Positions 25,293 through 37,730 are shown, numbered from the whole stretch's first letter. The stretch is 63,981 nt of DNA, filler included, from Octopus bimaculoides (GCF_001194135.2; 6 parts of 6 records of this genome joined end to end with filler, not necessarily neighbours in it), one strand, 5' to 3'. Program-made: numbers and translations. Notes: generated by a model not told the origin, from the letters alone.

Positions 25293-26083
25293 NNNNNNNN
25301 NNNNNNNNNNNNNNNNNNNNNNNNNNNNNNNNNNNNNNNNNNNNNNNNNNNNNNNNNNNNNNNNNNNNNNNNNNNNNNNNNNNNNNNNNNNNNNNNNNNN
25401 NNNNNNNNNNNNNNNNNNNNNNNNNNNNNNNNNNNNNNNNNNNNNNNNNNNNNNNNNNNNNNNNNNNNNNNNNNNNNNNNNNNNNNNNNNNNNNNNNNNN
25501 NNNNNNNNNNNNNNNNNNNNNNNNNNNNNNNNNNNNNNNNNNNNNNNNNNNNNNNNNNNNNNNNNNNNNNNNNNNNNNNNNNNNNNNNNNNNNNNNNNNN
25601 NNNNNNNNNNNNNNNNNNNNNNNNNNNNNNNNNNNNNNNNNNNNNNNNNNNNNNNNNNNNNNNNNNNNNNNNNNNNNNNNNNNNNNNNNNNNNNNNNNNN
25701 NNNNNNNNNNNNNNNNNNNNNNNNNNNNNNNNNNNNNNNNNNNNNNNNNNNNNNNNNNNNNNNNNNNNNNNNNNNNNNNNNNNNNNNNNNNNNNNNNNNN
25801 NNNNNNNNNNNNNNNNNNNNNNNNNNNNNNNNNNNNNNNNNNNNNNNNNNNNNNNNNNNNNNNNNNNNNNNNNNNNNNNNNNNNNNNNNNNNNNNNNNNN
25901 NNNNNNNNNNNNNNNNNNNNNNNNNNNNNNNNNNNNNNNNNNNNNNNNNNNNNNNNNNNNNNNNNNNNNNNNNNNNNNNNNNNNNNNNNNNNNNNNNNNN
26001 NNNNNNNNNNNNNNNNNNNNNNNNNNNNNNNNNNNNNNNNNNNNNNNNNNNNNNNNNNNNNNNNNNNNNNNNNNNNNNNNNNN

Positions 26084-26130
<47 letters not shown>

Positions 26131-26380
26131 GCTCTCTCTCTCTCTCTTTCTCTCTCCCTCTCTCTCTCTCTTTCTCCCCCCCTCTCTCTATATATATAGA
26201 TAGATAGATAGATAGATATACATACATACACATATATCGGAGTAAGCACATAAAAGAGGTAGAGTAATATACACGAACGGGAACGTGAAACTCTGCGTAA
26301 CAGTTTTTGTGTGATATTTCTGCTGGTTTTTATAATAAAGTATATATACACATATACACATACACACACACATACACACA

Positions 26381-26441
<61 letters not shown>

Positions 26442-26451
26442 NNNNNNNNNN

Positions 26452-26486
<35 letters not shown>

Positions 26487-26487
26487 G

Positions 26488-26524
<37 letters not shown>

Positions 26525-26598
26525 TACAAACACACAAACACACACATACATAAAGAGAGAGAAATATATAGATAGAAAAATATTTAGTGATAGACAAG

Positions 26599-26649
<51 letters not shown>

Positions 26650-27693
26650 GTTGTATGTATATATATATATGCATGAGTTCAACTGGGGCAAAACAATTGA
26701 CTTTATAGAAGTGTATTAAAAAAATCAGCCGGTATATTATATAACTTGTTTAATGATAAGCCGTTTATTTTCTTTGGCGGTGAATTTGGTAAACAGAGAC
26801 AATAAATGCATTGCATTGATTTTTCTCTGGTACAGGAAGAAGACCAAATGCCTGGCATCTTTTCTGTCATATTTGCTGCTCACTCTAGAATTTTTGTGAA
26901 GTAAGTATCTGTGCATTATACCCAAAGAATGGATGAAATTAAACTTGTACACACAAACATCAACCATCGCTAATAAATCGAGTTTGCCTTACGTTTATTG
27001 CATAAATGGAAGCACATAAACTAATGCAGCGCAGGATCAAGGAGAGAGCTGCATTGCAATTTCCTGGCATTTATATAAAGGAGAAGATATTACTCTTTGA
27101 TGTATTTATTAAGCGTAAACGATAGGTATTGAAATAAAACCTCCATATTTTGCAATGACGCTTGATTTGTGGTTTTCTATATGTACATATACACGGAGAC
27201 AGACAAACTCAGCACACATAGACAAGAACACACTTATACAAACCAAATAAACACACACATATATGCATATTTATATACACATACACACATGTACAATACT
27301 TATACACACATATATAACATATAAATACAGATATACATCGTCTATATCTTTCTAACTATATAACATATATATCGTTTAAGAAGCACAGGATTTAGATGTG
27401 AGCTACTATAAGTTTCATGCTCTGATAGTACAATAATTGGACAAGGTTGTATAGCGTGCTGTGAACTATCCTATCATCTTTCAGGCTCAAAATACAACAT
27501 GGCTTCTCTCTAAGAAAAAAAAAAGCTGTTTCGCTAGAGAACATATATGTGTGTGTGTGTATCTATGTATGTATGCATATATACATACATGCACACATAT
27601 ACTCAAGTATGTACATATGCATATCCATGTATGTATGTAAGTATGTATGTATGTATGTATGTATGTATATGTATGTATGTATATATATATGTG

Positions 27694-27734
<41 letters not shown>

Positions 27735-27741
<7 letters not shown>

Positions 27742-27885
27742 CCTTGTTTTCTCCGTATTCTTTCTGTTGAAGAGCGTAGCTCGAAACGTTAAAGATTTTC
27801 TGTATTCCCGAGCGTCAAACTAATACATCCTTTTGTTGTTTACACCACCTGTCCTCGTCTGTTGTTGTTTTTTTCTTACATTCTC

Positions 27886-27887
<2 letters not shown>
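27735..27887 (+). mobile_element. PLE-type terminal repeat (family F)
   Basis: Carries the hammerhead-like motif at 27759-27795. Confidence 0.75.
27759..27795 (+). ncRNA. Hammerhead-like motif with CUGUUGA core
   Basis: TCTTT-CTGTTGA-A-GAGC-GTA-GCTC-GAAA-CGTT-AAAGA; stems pair; A6 replaced by U. Confidence 0.6.
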
Positions 27888-27916
<29 letters not shown>

Positions 27917-28812
27917 NNNNNNNNNNNNNNNNNNNNNNNNNNNNNNNNNNNNNNNNNNNNNNNNNNNNNNNNNNNNNNNNNNNNNNNNNNNNNNNNNNNN
28001 NNNNNNNNNNNNNNNNNNNNNNNNNNNNNNNNNNNNNNTATATACATATACACACATACATTCATTCAAATGAATGCATGCATAGATATATATAGGTATA
28101 TAGACATACAAGGGGGTGAAGTTAGGCTGGGAAACTAGAGAAGATGTGGTTTAGAATCAACATAGATGAGGAAAGTTGGACACCACCCGACAAATGCTAC
28201 AGGTGTAAGTAACTAAATGTGCTAGGATTTGTGAGGACAGCAGGGTTATCCGCAGTACTAAAGACACATATCTCCCGCTTAAAATATACTCAGAATAAGA
28301 CTATCGAAAACTTAATTCTTCAATTCCCTTCAAAGACTCTTAGTGCTAACACCTTGAAGATAGCTCCACGAATAACTTTATGTTGAACGAGCTCATTATA
28401 CAGTCGAACCAACAGGATGCAACACGATACCTAAGATATCTTTACAATAGATACATTTGTCAGACAGAGATATCTATGCAATAGAAACACGTATCGGGCA
28501 TTCTAAGATATCTATACAATAGAAACACGTATCGGACAGGGAGTTAAAGTGTACATATTCTATATATTCTATATAAGCAAGGTTTGTAAATGTAAAGTTT
28601 TTCTATTCTGTTTTTTAATGTTTAAATATACACTCTGCATAGCATATAAAATCCAATGAAGCGGACTCAAGATTTACCCATCGGCTGAAATATCATGTAA
28701 TTGTTTACCTTAAACAATTTCCCATTGTTCCATATCATTCGATGTGGTTAGCCAGAACCTGGTTTAGAGTACTTGTAACGTACATTGTAGCGTATATGCC
28801 CGGATCATTCAT

Positions 28813-28863
<51 letters not shown>

Positions 28864-29144
28864 TGCGTGTGTATTTACGCAATCTATATATTCATACACA
28901 TACACACACAATATACATACATATATGCTTATATGTATGCTTACATATATACCTACATATATATACACATGTCTTAAAACATGCATAATACACATGTACA
29001 CGAATTATGTATATATGTAGGTATGTGCATATATAAGCATTAGTGCGTACGTATTTATAAACAGTTATGACTACATACATAGACACACGCATGTATATAT
29101 GGATATGCTACCTAAATACATCCATATATACATGCATGTGTGTA

Positions 29145-29197
<53 letters not shown>

Positions 29198-29430
29198 GCA
29201 TCATTAATATCTTCTAATTCCCAATCATCTCTGTTCCTGTGTTTTCAACATCCACCTTCACCTTCGATTACTCTGTGTTCGATACAGTCAGCCAATCAAA
29301 CTGCGTCTTATGTAATAGTATTATTTTTCTCCTGACATTAGACGTAAAAAAAAAATGAACAACAACCAGCCAGGGAATGTCGAGTTNNNNNNNNNNNNNN
29401 NNNNNNNNNNNNNNNNNNNNNNNNNNNNNN

Positions 29431-29442
29431 TTAATTAATTAA
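29431..29442. other. Assembly linker
   Basis: TTAATTAATTAA between N runs. Confidence 0.95.
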
Positions 29443-29487
29443 NNNNNNNNNNNNNNNNNNNNNNNNNNNNNNNNNNNNNNNNNNNNC

Positions 29488-29840
29488 AGAACGGTTTCGT
29501 CGTTCTGGGTGCACCTCGGGCAGGCCCGGCTGACAGCACTTTCGTGCCTGTAAAGTTTATCGCGAACAGGCAGCGCTCCTCGGTAGCACTGCCAGGCAAG
29601 GGATTTCTGGAAGTTATTCATAGGCCCAGGCCCGAAAGTTCTCCGAAACAGACCGGTTAGTTGATCTTTATCGACGCCCATAGTTTCCCCGAGAACGTCG
29701 TTGCACTTTCCCTCCACTAGCCCTCTATAGAACGCTAGAGTAGAACTACCACCGACCACATTGCCCGCCTCCTTGCGGAGGGCTATGAGCGCTTGACGCT
29801 ACTCGAGGTGCCAAGCGCCCCTCTTCAGTCTACGCCTATA
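29488..29840 (-). mobile_element. 5'-truncated Tx1/L1-clade LINE fragment, second subfamily
   Basis: NNFQKSLAWQCYRGALPVRDKLYRH..ACPRC is homologous to DNFQKSLTWQRYRGALPVWDK..TCPRC at 36288. Confidence 0.85.
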
Positions 29841-30009
29841 ATAATAATGTGATAGTTTCTACTTCCTCTTCCTAAAGTAATTGTTATATCTTCTGTCTTT
29901 TCATTCAATTAATAAGTTGAATGGGTGACTGTTTGTGGATGTGTAGACGTGTATGAGTGTGTGTGTGTGTGTGTGTGTGTGCGTGTGTGCGTGCGTACAT
30001 GAGTGTGTC

Positions 30010-30045
<36 letters not shown>

Positions 30046-30640
30046 GGGATAGAGAATGAGAAATAATGCTGATAGCACTTCCTTACCAATTCTCATTGCT
30101 CAACATAACGACACTTACACTAGTATAGATGCAGACACTATGTATATAAATACATATGTATATGTTTGTATAAACGCACACACGCACACACACACATACA
30201 CATATATGCACGTGTACACACACACACACGCACACACACACGCACACACACACGCACACATACATATGAATACTTATACTACTTACATACATACACATGC
30301 TTTCACACGTATACTCAACCAATTTCAATAGAATTATATTTCGGGTTTAAATACCGTTTCAAAATCCCCAACACGCGCGCGCGCGCACGCACACATACAT
30401 GCATGCACCCGCACCAACGCATACATACACACACTTGTGCATGTGTTTATATATGAATGCGCACGCGCGTATGTGTGTATGCTTGTGTGCACATGTATGT
30501 ACATATGGATCTGCATGTTTGCATATGCATGTATATGTATGAATGTATATATGCATGTATGAGTCAGTGTGTGCACATTTAAGAATATATACATGAGAAT
30601 TTAGAGCGATATATCCTAGTCGAAATATTACTTTCTACTA

Positions 30641-30846
30641 ATGCCACAAGTCCTGAAATTTGAGGGGAGGGGCTCGTCGATTACATCGACCTCAATACTT
30701 GACTCGCACTTATTTTATCGTCTCCAAAAGGATGAAAGGCAAAGTCGACCTCGGTGGAATTTGAACTCAGAACATAAAGACGGAATGGACAAAATGCCGC
30801 TAAGCATTTTGCCCAGCGTGCTATTGATTCTTTTACCTCGCCGCCT
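30641..30846 (-). mobile_element. SINE family D, tail type 2
   Basis: Family body plus ccctcccctcaaatttcaggacttgtggc tail. Confidence 0.8.
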
Positions 30847-31124
30847 TACTAGGTGAAATATTAAGTGAAAAGGAGACCGGAAGATGGAAATATTTGCAAT
30901 GATGTAGGTACTTGTCTTCCATCTTATATATTACTAGCTATACAATGGCTAAACAGAAGAGCCTCTACATAATCATCATAACTCTAGAAATAGCAGTTAA
31001 ATCTTCCTGAAATCATAATGTATTGAAATGAGAAGAGAAGGAATATATGCGGCCCCATAGCGTACAGTCATTACAAGTGAAATAATTTCTTCATAGTATT
31101 TGGTGGGGTTAGAGATTCGAATTT

Positions 31125-31520
31125 AGAATAAAGGTGTTCCTCTGAAGGGTTTTTCGAATAACGTTACTCGATGGAGTGCGTAGCTCGGAGATCAGAGAAA
31201 CACTCCAGCTAAAGCCACATACTTCTCTGAATTGAGAGATCACAGCTTTGATACTATAGACATGTGGGAAGAAGGAAAGAATGTCTCGAGAAAGGATTGC
31301 TAAATATGTTTTACAGGCAAAACCAACCGGCAGAAGACCCTGAGGTAGACCACGAGCAAGATGGTTGGATAACATCCATGAGTTCAGTTGGTCTCGCTTG
31401 GGGATCCAGCCAGATCAATTGGAGACGGTTGCTTCTGATAGGACCCAACAGAAGGCGTGCTTGAGGACTCTGTCCCTTCGATCCTCCAAGGATAAGTGGG
31501 TGAAGAAGATGAGATGAGAG
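31125..31520 (+). mobile_element. RTE LINE C-terminal remnant
   Basis: RITLLDGVRSSEIRETL..RIAKYVLQAKPTGRRP.GRPRARWLDNI (frameshifted). Confidence 0.7.
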
Positions 31521-31779
31521 GGTTAAAAGAATAAAGAAAAAGTTGCATAGAGTACAGTTTTCATTAAGTTTTCATTTCCCTTACTGTTTATGAAATTCTT
31601 ATATAACTGGAGGAATATTAGTTAAACATTTCATTAAGCGAAATATTTCTTATCGATAGAAAATTATTACTCTTGGAAAGAAATTTATGGTTTATTTTTT
31701 CTTTTCTTTTCTTATTTCATTTTCTTCATCGAGCGTCTGTAGATTAGTAATTCTAACAATACTATGTCTCTTTCGTTGA

Positions 31780-32050
31780 ACGCTGACTTGTCACCGTTGT
31801 TTCTTCATACATCGCTCTAGTGCTTCTCTTCACCATCTTGGTCTAGATTTATCAATGTCACTTCGCCATTAGCTCTATTGATGATGACTAGAGCTTCATT
31901 TATAGTTTCTGGGATTCCAAGTGGTTAACCTTCCTGATAATTGGACTGTTGTCTGTTATTCTCGTCAAATGAGCCGCCTAGTTTTACTTCAACTTGATTA
32001 TATCTTCAAGAATATCCCTGATGTCTGCCTGCTTCCGCAACAATGGCACT
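31780..32050 (-). mobile_element. Old RTE-like remnant
   Basis: LRKQADIRDILEDIIKLK..AAHLTRITDN..TTWNPRN resembles RTE C-termini. Confidence 0.5.
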
Positions 32051-32703
32051 GTTCGCCCGTCCCTTCATCTATTGTTTAGTACAATCATGGGCACCCTGCG
32101 GCCTAGGGGACTTTTTGAATGGCACACTAAACGAAAAAATTACTTTCAACATTCTTAGTAGTGCGGCCCGCCTGATGATGGACCTGTTTTTCGGAAAAGG
32201 TTGCCCATGCCATTAACAGAAGTTTTTCCCTACGATCATTGAATTGTTCTTAAATTATGGCTGAGCGTTTTGTCCACATTCCAGATTTATGAACCATATG
32301 TCACAGCTCATAGTAGGCATCATACAATACATCTTTTCGGAGTTATGGTGATACTGAGCTTCAAAATGGTGCAAGCTCAGCGGGAAGTCTGCACCCTATT
32401 TTCCAGTGTAATTCTGCGCTAGTTCTTCCCTTTCTTGTACCGCATTACTGAGATTTGTTGACTTAAGTCGATATAATAGTCAACCTTTCGCTATGGTTTC
32501 ATTCTCTACATTTTCGTAATTTCCTCGTCCAGTTTTTCGTTTGCCATTATCTCAGCTTCGGTTTTTTTCTTCCTTTTTTTTTTCTAGCTTCACGTGAAGA
32601 CTGGCCGTTGATTGCGTTATTGAGTCAGCACCAAAATACAGTCCGAAAACCGGACGCAAGCGTGTACGTGGTGTGTCTGTATGTGTATGTGTGTGTGAGT
32701 GTG

Positions 32704-32757
<54 letters not shown>

Positions 32758-32893
32758 CTTACATATGTATTTGTATGCATAATTACATGTATTCATATAG
32801 ATTGGTATGTACTTTTACGTGACCTGATGTATGCATGCAGGCAAGCATACACACGTACACACATACACACACACATATTTATCTATGTATCTA

Positions 32894-32926
<33 letters not shown>

Positions 32927-33277
32927 TACACACACACATACACACTACACACTACAAATATCCATGTGTGTGTGTGTGTGTGTGTGTGTTACTCCAATTT
33001 GGGACGACTATCTAAGCCATCGCCGTATTGAATCCAGTTCCTGTCTTGATTACTTCTATGTGAAATAAAAATAAATAAATAAAAATAGCCAGCCTGACTG
33101 TAGTTTAAATAACATTATTTTGACAAGTATGTCAACTTCCACGAACGTACCTTATGCATTTTTTCAGGCCTAATATTCAGGGATTTAGTCATTCCTGTGT
33201 ATCTAAGCCGTTTACGAAACTAACCACATTATGTTCTACTTTACCTGATAGAGTTATATTTTCTTCAATAATATATA

Positions 33278-33487
33278 TTGATTTCAAATTTTGGCACAAT
33301 GCCAGCAAGATCGTGGGAAAGTCGATTACATCGACCACAGTAATCAACTCTGATACTTATTTTATCGATACCAGAAGGATGAAAGGTAAAGTCAATCCCG
33401 GCGGAATTTGAACTCAGAACATAAGGACGTACGAAATGCCGCGAAGCATTTTGCCTGGCGCTTTAACAATTCTGCCAGCTCACCGCC
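33278..33487 (-). mobile_element. SINE family D, tail type 2
   Basis: Full head ggcggtgagctggcag and tail ttgtgccaaaatttgaaatc. Confidence 0.85.
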
Positions 33488-33610
33488 TCCTTCCGTAATA
33501 TATGTTAAGAATATAAATTTTACGTTCAATTAGATTGGCATGAATACATTTTTGTCGCTATTTTCTCCCTCCCTTTCTTTTTGATTTGTAATATTTAGCA
33601 CTTTTTTTTT

Positions 33611-33648
33611 TAGCACGCCGGGCGAAATGCTTAGCGGTATATCGTCTG
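33611..33648 (+). mobile_element. SINE family D, 5' part (split by the LINE)
   Basis: tagcacgccgggcgaaatgcttagcggtatatcgtctg; resumes at 37039. Confidence 0.85.
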
Positions 33649-34377
33649 TCTCTTGTGTTTCTTACGCGTCGCAGATGTGTTCGTGGTGAAAATTGCTGTT
33701 TCTTAGTGTTATTATTGATAATAACTGCTGTTTCTAATAACTGCTGTTTCNNNNNNNNNNNNNNNNNNNNNNNNNNNNNNNNNNNNNNNNNNNNNNNNNN
33801 NNNNNNNNNNNNNNNNNNNNNNNNNNNNNNNNNNNNNNNNNNNNNNNNNNNNNNNNNNNNNNNNNNNNNNNNNNNNNNNNNNNNNNNNNNNNNNNNNNNN
33901 NNNNNNNNNNNNNNNNNNNNNNNNNNNNNNNNNNNNNNNNNNNNNNNNNNNNNNNNNNNNNNNNNNNNNNNNNNNNNNNNNNNNNNNNNNNNNNNNNNNN
34001 NNNNNNNNNNNNNNNNNNNNNNNNNNNNNNNNNNNNNNNNNNNNNNNNNNNNNNNNNNNNNNNNNNNNNNNNNNNNNNNNNNNNNNNNNNNNNNNNNNNN
34101 NNNNNNGTTGAAACGAAGAATTGCATGTTGTCTAGCGAGGACCCAACTACGAGCAAAGAAATAGTGGATTCCCCCGAAAATGAAATTTTTGATTACCTCG
34201 TTGCAAAAAAGAATGACAAAATGTATGAGTTATTTGGAGATGTTTCTGAAAGCTCGTCAGAACTTTCACTAAAAGAATTCCCGAGTTTGCCAAAAAACAA
34301 AAGTTTTGTGTCCAATGAATAACTGATGCACCTAGCATCCATACTGAACAACCAAAAAAAGAAAAATAAGTTTTGCG

Positions 34378-35283
34378 TTGGCAGCTGGAGGTGGAACCCG
34401 GCTGCTTTCGACGAATAAGTGTGACTTCATGAAATACAGTGGAATGATGCAAATGAACGATAACGTGGTTAAAATACAACCACCAGCGCAATTAATACTA
34501 GAAGAAAAACGGAAGACAATAATATTTAAAACTTACTGTTTGCAAAAAAGAAAAATTGAGAGAATTACAGAAGAGAAGATAGAGAAGTGCCTGAAGCCAA
34601 TATGGAGCGACGTGGTTTATCTGACAAGAGGCAGGAAATTCGGAACGGTGGAAGTAAGGTTTACCAACAAAGAAATTGCGCAAAGACATTCAATAGACGA
34701 CGTGGCGCTCATCCCCACCTATATGAGGATGAGAACGTCCAGAATTAAAATCACAAGGATCCCACCGGAAGTGGATACTATGTGGTTGGTGGCGGCAGTC
34801 CTAATCAAACAGGAAGAGAAAATTACTCTCCTCCAGGCTGCTGCTACCGAAAACGCTAACTGGACTGGTCAAACAGTTAGTCTCCTCATCCAGGCTGATC
34901 CTAAAATAATTGAAGCAATTCCCGAGACAATTGAGATAGGGGAGGAGACCCTCGTGGTGTTTATTGCGGGCCGAAAACCCCGATGTTTTTTGTGCGGCCA
35001 ATTAAGCCACATTCGAAGGAACTGCAAGGAAAATGAGGAAGAGGAGGAAGAGGAGAAAGAAGAAAAAGAGGAGGAAGAAGAAAAAGAAGAAAAAGATGAG
35101 AAGAAAACAACAAAGAAAAGAAAAATACAATCAGCAATTCAACAGAAAACAGTGACTACTACAGAACAACGAATAAAAAAGACTGCCAGAAGAGAAAAAG
35201 AGGAAAAAGGTATAATAGCCGTATACACCAAAGATACTGAGCTAATGAGAGACATTCCATTAATTAAGACAGCAAAAAAATAG
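34378..35283 (+). CDS. Tx1-type ORF1 (gag-like, zinc knuckle, acidic/basic tail), probably N-terminally disrupted
   Basis: 301-aa ORF containing CFLCGQLSHIRRNC (C-X2-C-X4-H-X4-C). Confidence 0.75.
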   Translation: MAAGGGTRLLSTNKCDFMKYSGMMQMNDNVVKIQPPAQLILEEKRKTIIFKTYCLQKRKIERITEEKIEKCLKPIWSDVVYLTRGRKFGTVEVRFTNKEIAQRHSIDDVALIPTYMRMRTSRIKITRIPPEVDTMWLVAAVLIKQEEKITLLQAAATENANWTGQTVSLLIQADPKIIEAIPETIEIGEETLVVFIAGRKPRCFLCGQLSHIRRNCKENEEEEEEEKEEKEEEEEKEEKDEKKTTKKRKIQSAIQQKTVTTTEQRIKKTARREKEEKGIIAVYTKDTELMRDIPLIKTAKK

Positions 35284-35409
35284 ATAACCTTTCGGAGAAA
35301 TATAACAATTATGACGTGTATGAAGTCTCAAATAAGACTCATAGAATTTTACAAAACAAATATCGTAAGACAGTATCATCAATGAGATTAGACTTTAATA
35401 ATTCTATAT

Positions 35410-36797
35410 TTCATGTGCCATCCCAGGCAGAACCATTCAGGATACTCTCCATCTTATTCGCTATACCATAGAGAGGGTTGGTAATAAATCTGGCAAAAGT
35501 GGGGCATTGGTACATTTGGACCAGTCTAAATCTTTTAATAGTGATGACCATCGATACCTGGCGACTGTGCTTGTACGGTTCGGCCTGGGCTTTGGCTTCC
35601 TCAGGTGGTTTATCGCTTTGTACCACAACATTGACTCGATAGTTCGGGTAAACGGTTTCCTTTCGAAGCCGTTCTACATCAAACGTTCGGTTCGTCAAGG
35701 ATGTCCGCTCTCACCACTTTTGTTGTATGTGGTGACTCTCGAGTCCCTACTGCGAAGGTTGAGTGGCATTCCGAGAGACCCAGGTCTAGAGGAGTTTGTT
35801 ACGGCTTATGCGGATGATATCACTATCACCGTAACCAAAGTAGCACGCCTACGTGAAGTAGGTAAGACTACTGAGGGCAGGTCGCCACTTGTAAAACGCT
35901 CTGTCTGCTGTCAAAAGCCTTTAAAGGGAGGTTCAGGAATGCTTTGGTTAATGATGCGCAGGCATGCGTTGATGTTGAGGCACCTCTGGATTCTCCTGGA
36001 TAGTGAACGGGTGTGGTCTCCGCTGGCCAGACAAATGTTCCCCGAGTTCAAAAGTTTTTACGAACAGGAAGCCTGGTATTCTCGTAGACCGAGGTCGAGT
36101 GAATGGCATAAAGAGTGCCGTAAGGCCTTCTTGCTATTTCGGTGCTCGGGCAACGCCAGCGGTAGGGGTTCCACACGGATTTTATATAGTGGGTTGGTAG
36201 CGTCTGAATGCGACGATGGCCTGGGGGCGACTGTAGGTCTCGGTTTTATTCAACTGGACAGCCTGTTTCACCGACCGTACATTCGGATTGAGAACGTTGG
36301 ACAATTTCCAAAAGTCCTTAACCTGGCAAAGATACAGAGGTGCCTTGCCCGTTTGGGATAAGCCCGCAAGGCACGGTAAGCGTCAGTCGCCGACCTGTCC
36401 AAGATGCGGGGGAGACAGGGAAAGCGTCTCTCACACTATTGTTCAGTGTCCAGAGATATCTGAAATGTGGGTTTATGCTGAACACTTGTTGTCCGGCGAA
36501 GGAAGAGTACGGCTGTCGACTGAGTCAATTATAAAAATTGACCCACAGGAAGTTTTAACAAACGAAGGTAGGAACTGTTTTCTCACGGTTGTAGCAATAG
36601 CGAAAGAGGCATTATGGGACATTAGGATAAAAGGGATTAAGACAGGCAACTTTATCTCCGGCCACGATTTACGATCATTTTTTACTTTTCATTTGAAAAG
36701 GAAGGTGTGGCTGGAGAAGAGGTGTCTGTCGGAGAGTATGTTCAAAAAGAGATGGAAGCAAGTTGCACGAGTGTTGTGCGTGCAAGGAACCGTGTGA
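35410..36797 (+). pseudogene. Tx1 ORF2 remnant (RT and C-terminal zinc finger, no endonuclease seen)
   Basis: IPGRTIQD..HLDQSKSF..VNGFLS..RQGCPLSP..YADD; frameshifts between ORFs 35507 and 36288. Confidence 0.88.
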
Positions 36798-37038
36798 ATA
36801 GGTTATAAAAGAAGAACAAAAAAGAGTACCAGCGGTAGATCGGGGCTTGTGGGGCTGGAGCGTTGCCTGATCATCGCTACATTTGTGTTGTCTCTGTATT
36901 GTTAATTTCATTCGATTTTTTGGTATATTTTATAAATTTTTTAACTTTCATATTTTATGTAAAATCATAACGTATTACTGATCTCAATCAGTTGTTTTGT
37001 CCAGTTCTGTGTTTGGCCCCGTGGGCAATAAAGAAATT

Positions 37039-37190
37039 GGTATATCGTCTGACGTCACGTTCTGAGTTCAAATTCCACCGAAGTCGACTTTACCTTTCAT
37101 CCTTTCGAGGTCGATGTAATCGACTTAATCCCTTTGTCTGTCCTTGTTTGTCCCGCTATGTTTAGCCCCCTGTGGGCAATAAAGACATAA
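37039..37190 (+). mobile_element. SINE family D, 3' part, tail type 1
   Basis: Continues the head at 33611; small internal deletion. Confidence 0.88.
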
Positions 37191-37206
37191 ATATTAAACA
37201 CTTTTT

Positions 37207-37416
37207 TAGCATGCCGAGCGCAATCCTTAGCGGTATATCGTCTGCCGTTACGTTCTGAGTTCAAATTCCGCCGAGGTCGACTTTGCCTTTCATCCTTTCG
37301 AAGTCGATTAAATAAGTACCAGTTATGCACTGGAGTCAATGTAATCGACTTAATACCTTTGTCTGTCCTTGTTTGTCCCCTCTATATTTAGCCCCTTGTG
37401 GGCAATAGAGACATAA
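37207..37416 (+). mobile_element. SINE family D tandem copy, tail type 1
   Basis: Same 5' truncation point and tatatcgtctg variant as the split copy. Confidence 0.9.
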
Positions 37417-37534
37417 ATATTTAGCACTTTTGGTATGATTACACTGCTGAACAGGTGTTGATAGCAATAGTTACCTTGTTCAATAATTCAGTTGATGAGT
37501 AGTAAGTAGACATCTTTGCTTTAGGTGTATATAA

Positions 37535-37543
37535 ATCATCATC

Positions 37544-37587
<44 letters not shown>

Positions 37588-37633
37588 TAGCATCATTAGC
37601 ATCAGAGTTGTCACTGTTGTTATCATCGTCGCA

Positions 37634-37667
<34 letters not shown>

Positions 37668-37674
37668 TCATCGT
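37535..37674. repeat. (CAT)n/(CGT)n microsatellite
   Basis: Direct reading. Confidence 0.95.
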
Positions 37675-37718
37675 NNNNNNNNNNNNNNNNNNNNNNNNNN
37701 NNNNNNNNNNNNNNNNNN

Positions 37719-37730
37719 TTAATTAATTAA
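37719..37730. other. Assembly linker
   Basis: TTAATTAATTAA between N runs. Confidence 0.95.

Larger units (their letters stand above)
33649..37038 (+). mobile_element. Tx1/L1-clade LINE with 5' end present and internal deletion
   Basis: 13-bp TSD ggtatatcgtctg at 33636-33648 and 37039-37051; ORF1 with CCHC knuckle; RT motifs VRQGCPLSPLL and AYADD; C-terminal CPRC..H..C. Confidence 0.93.

Noticed and set aside
32086-32213. Mini hAT-like element (also an end near 3975-3995)
   Set aside because: TIRs are imperfect and no 8-bp TSD was found.
32587-32670. Strong polypyrimidine acceptor followed by SREDWPLIALL
   Set aside because: No convincing donor; runs into (TG)n.
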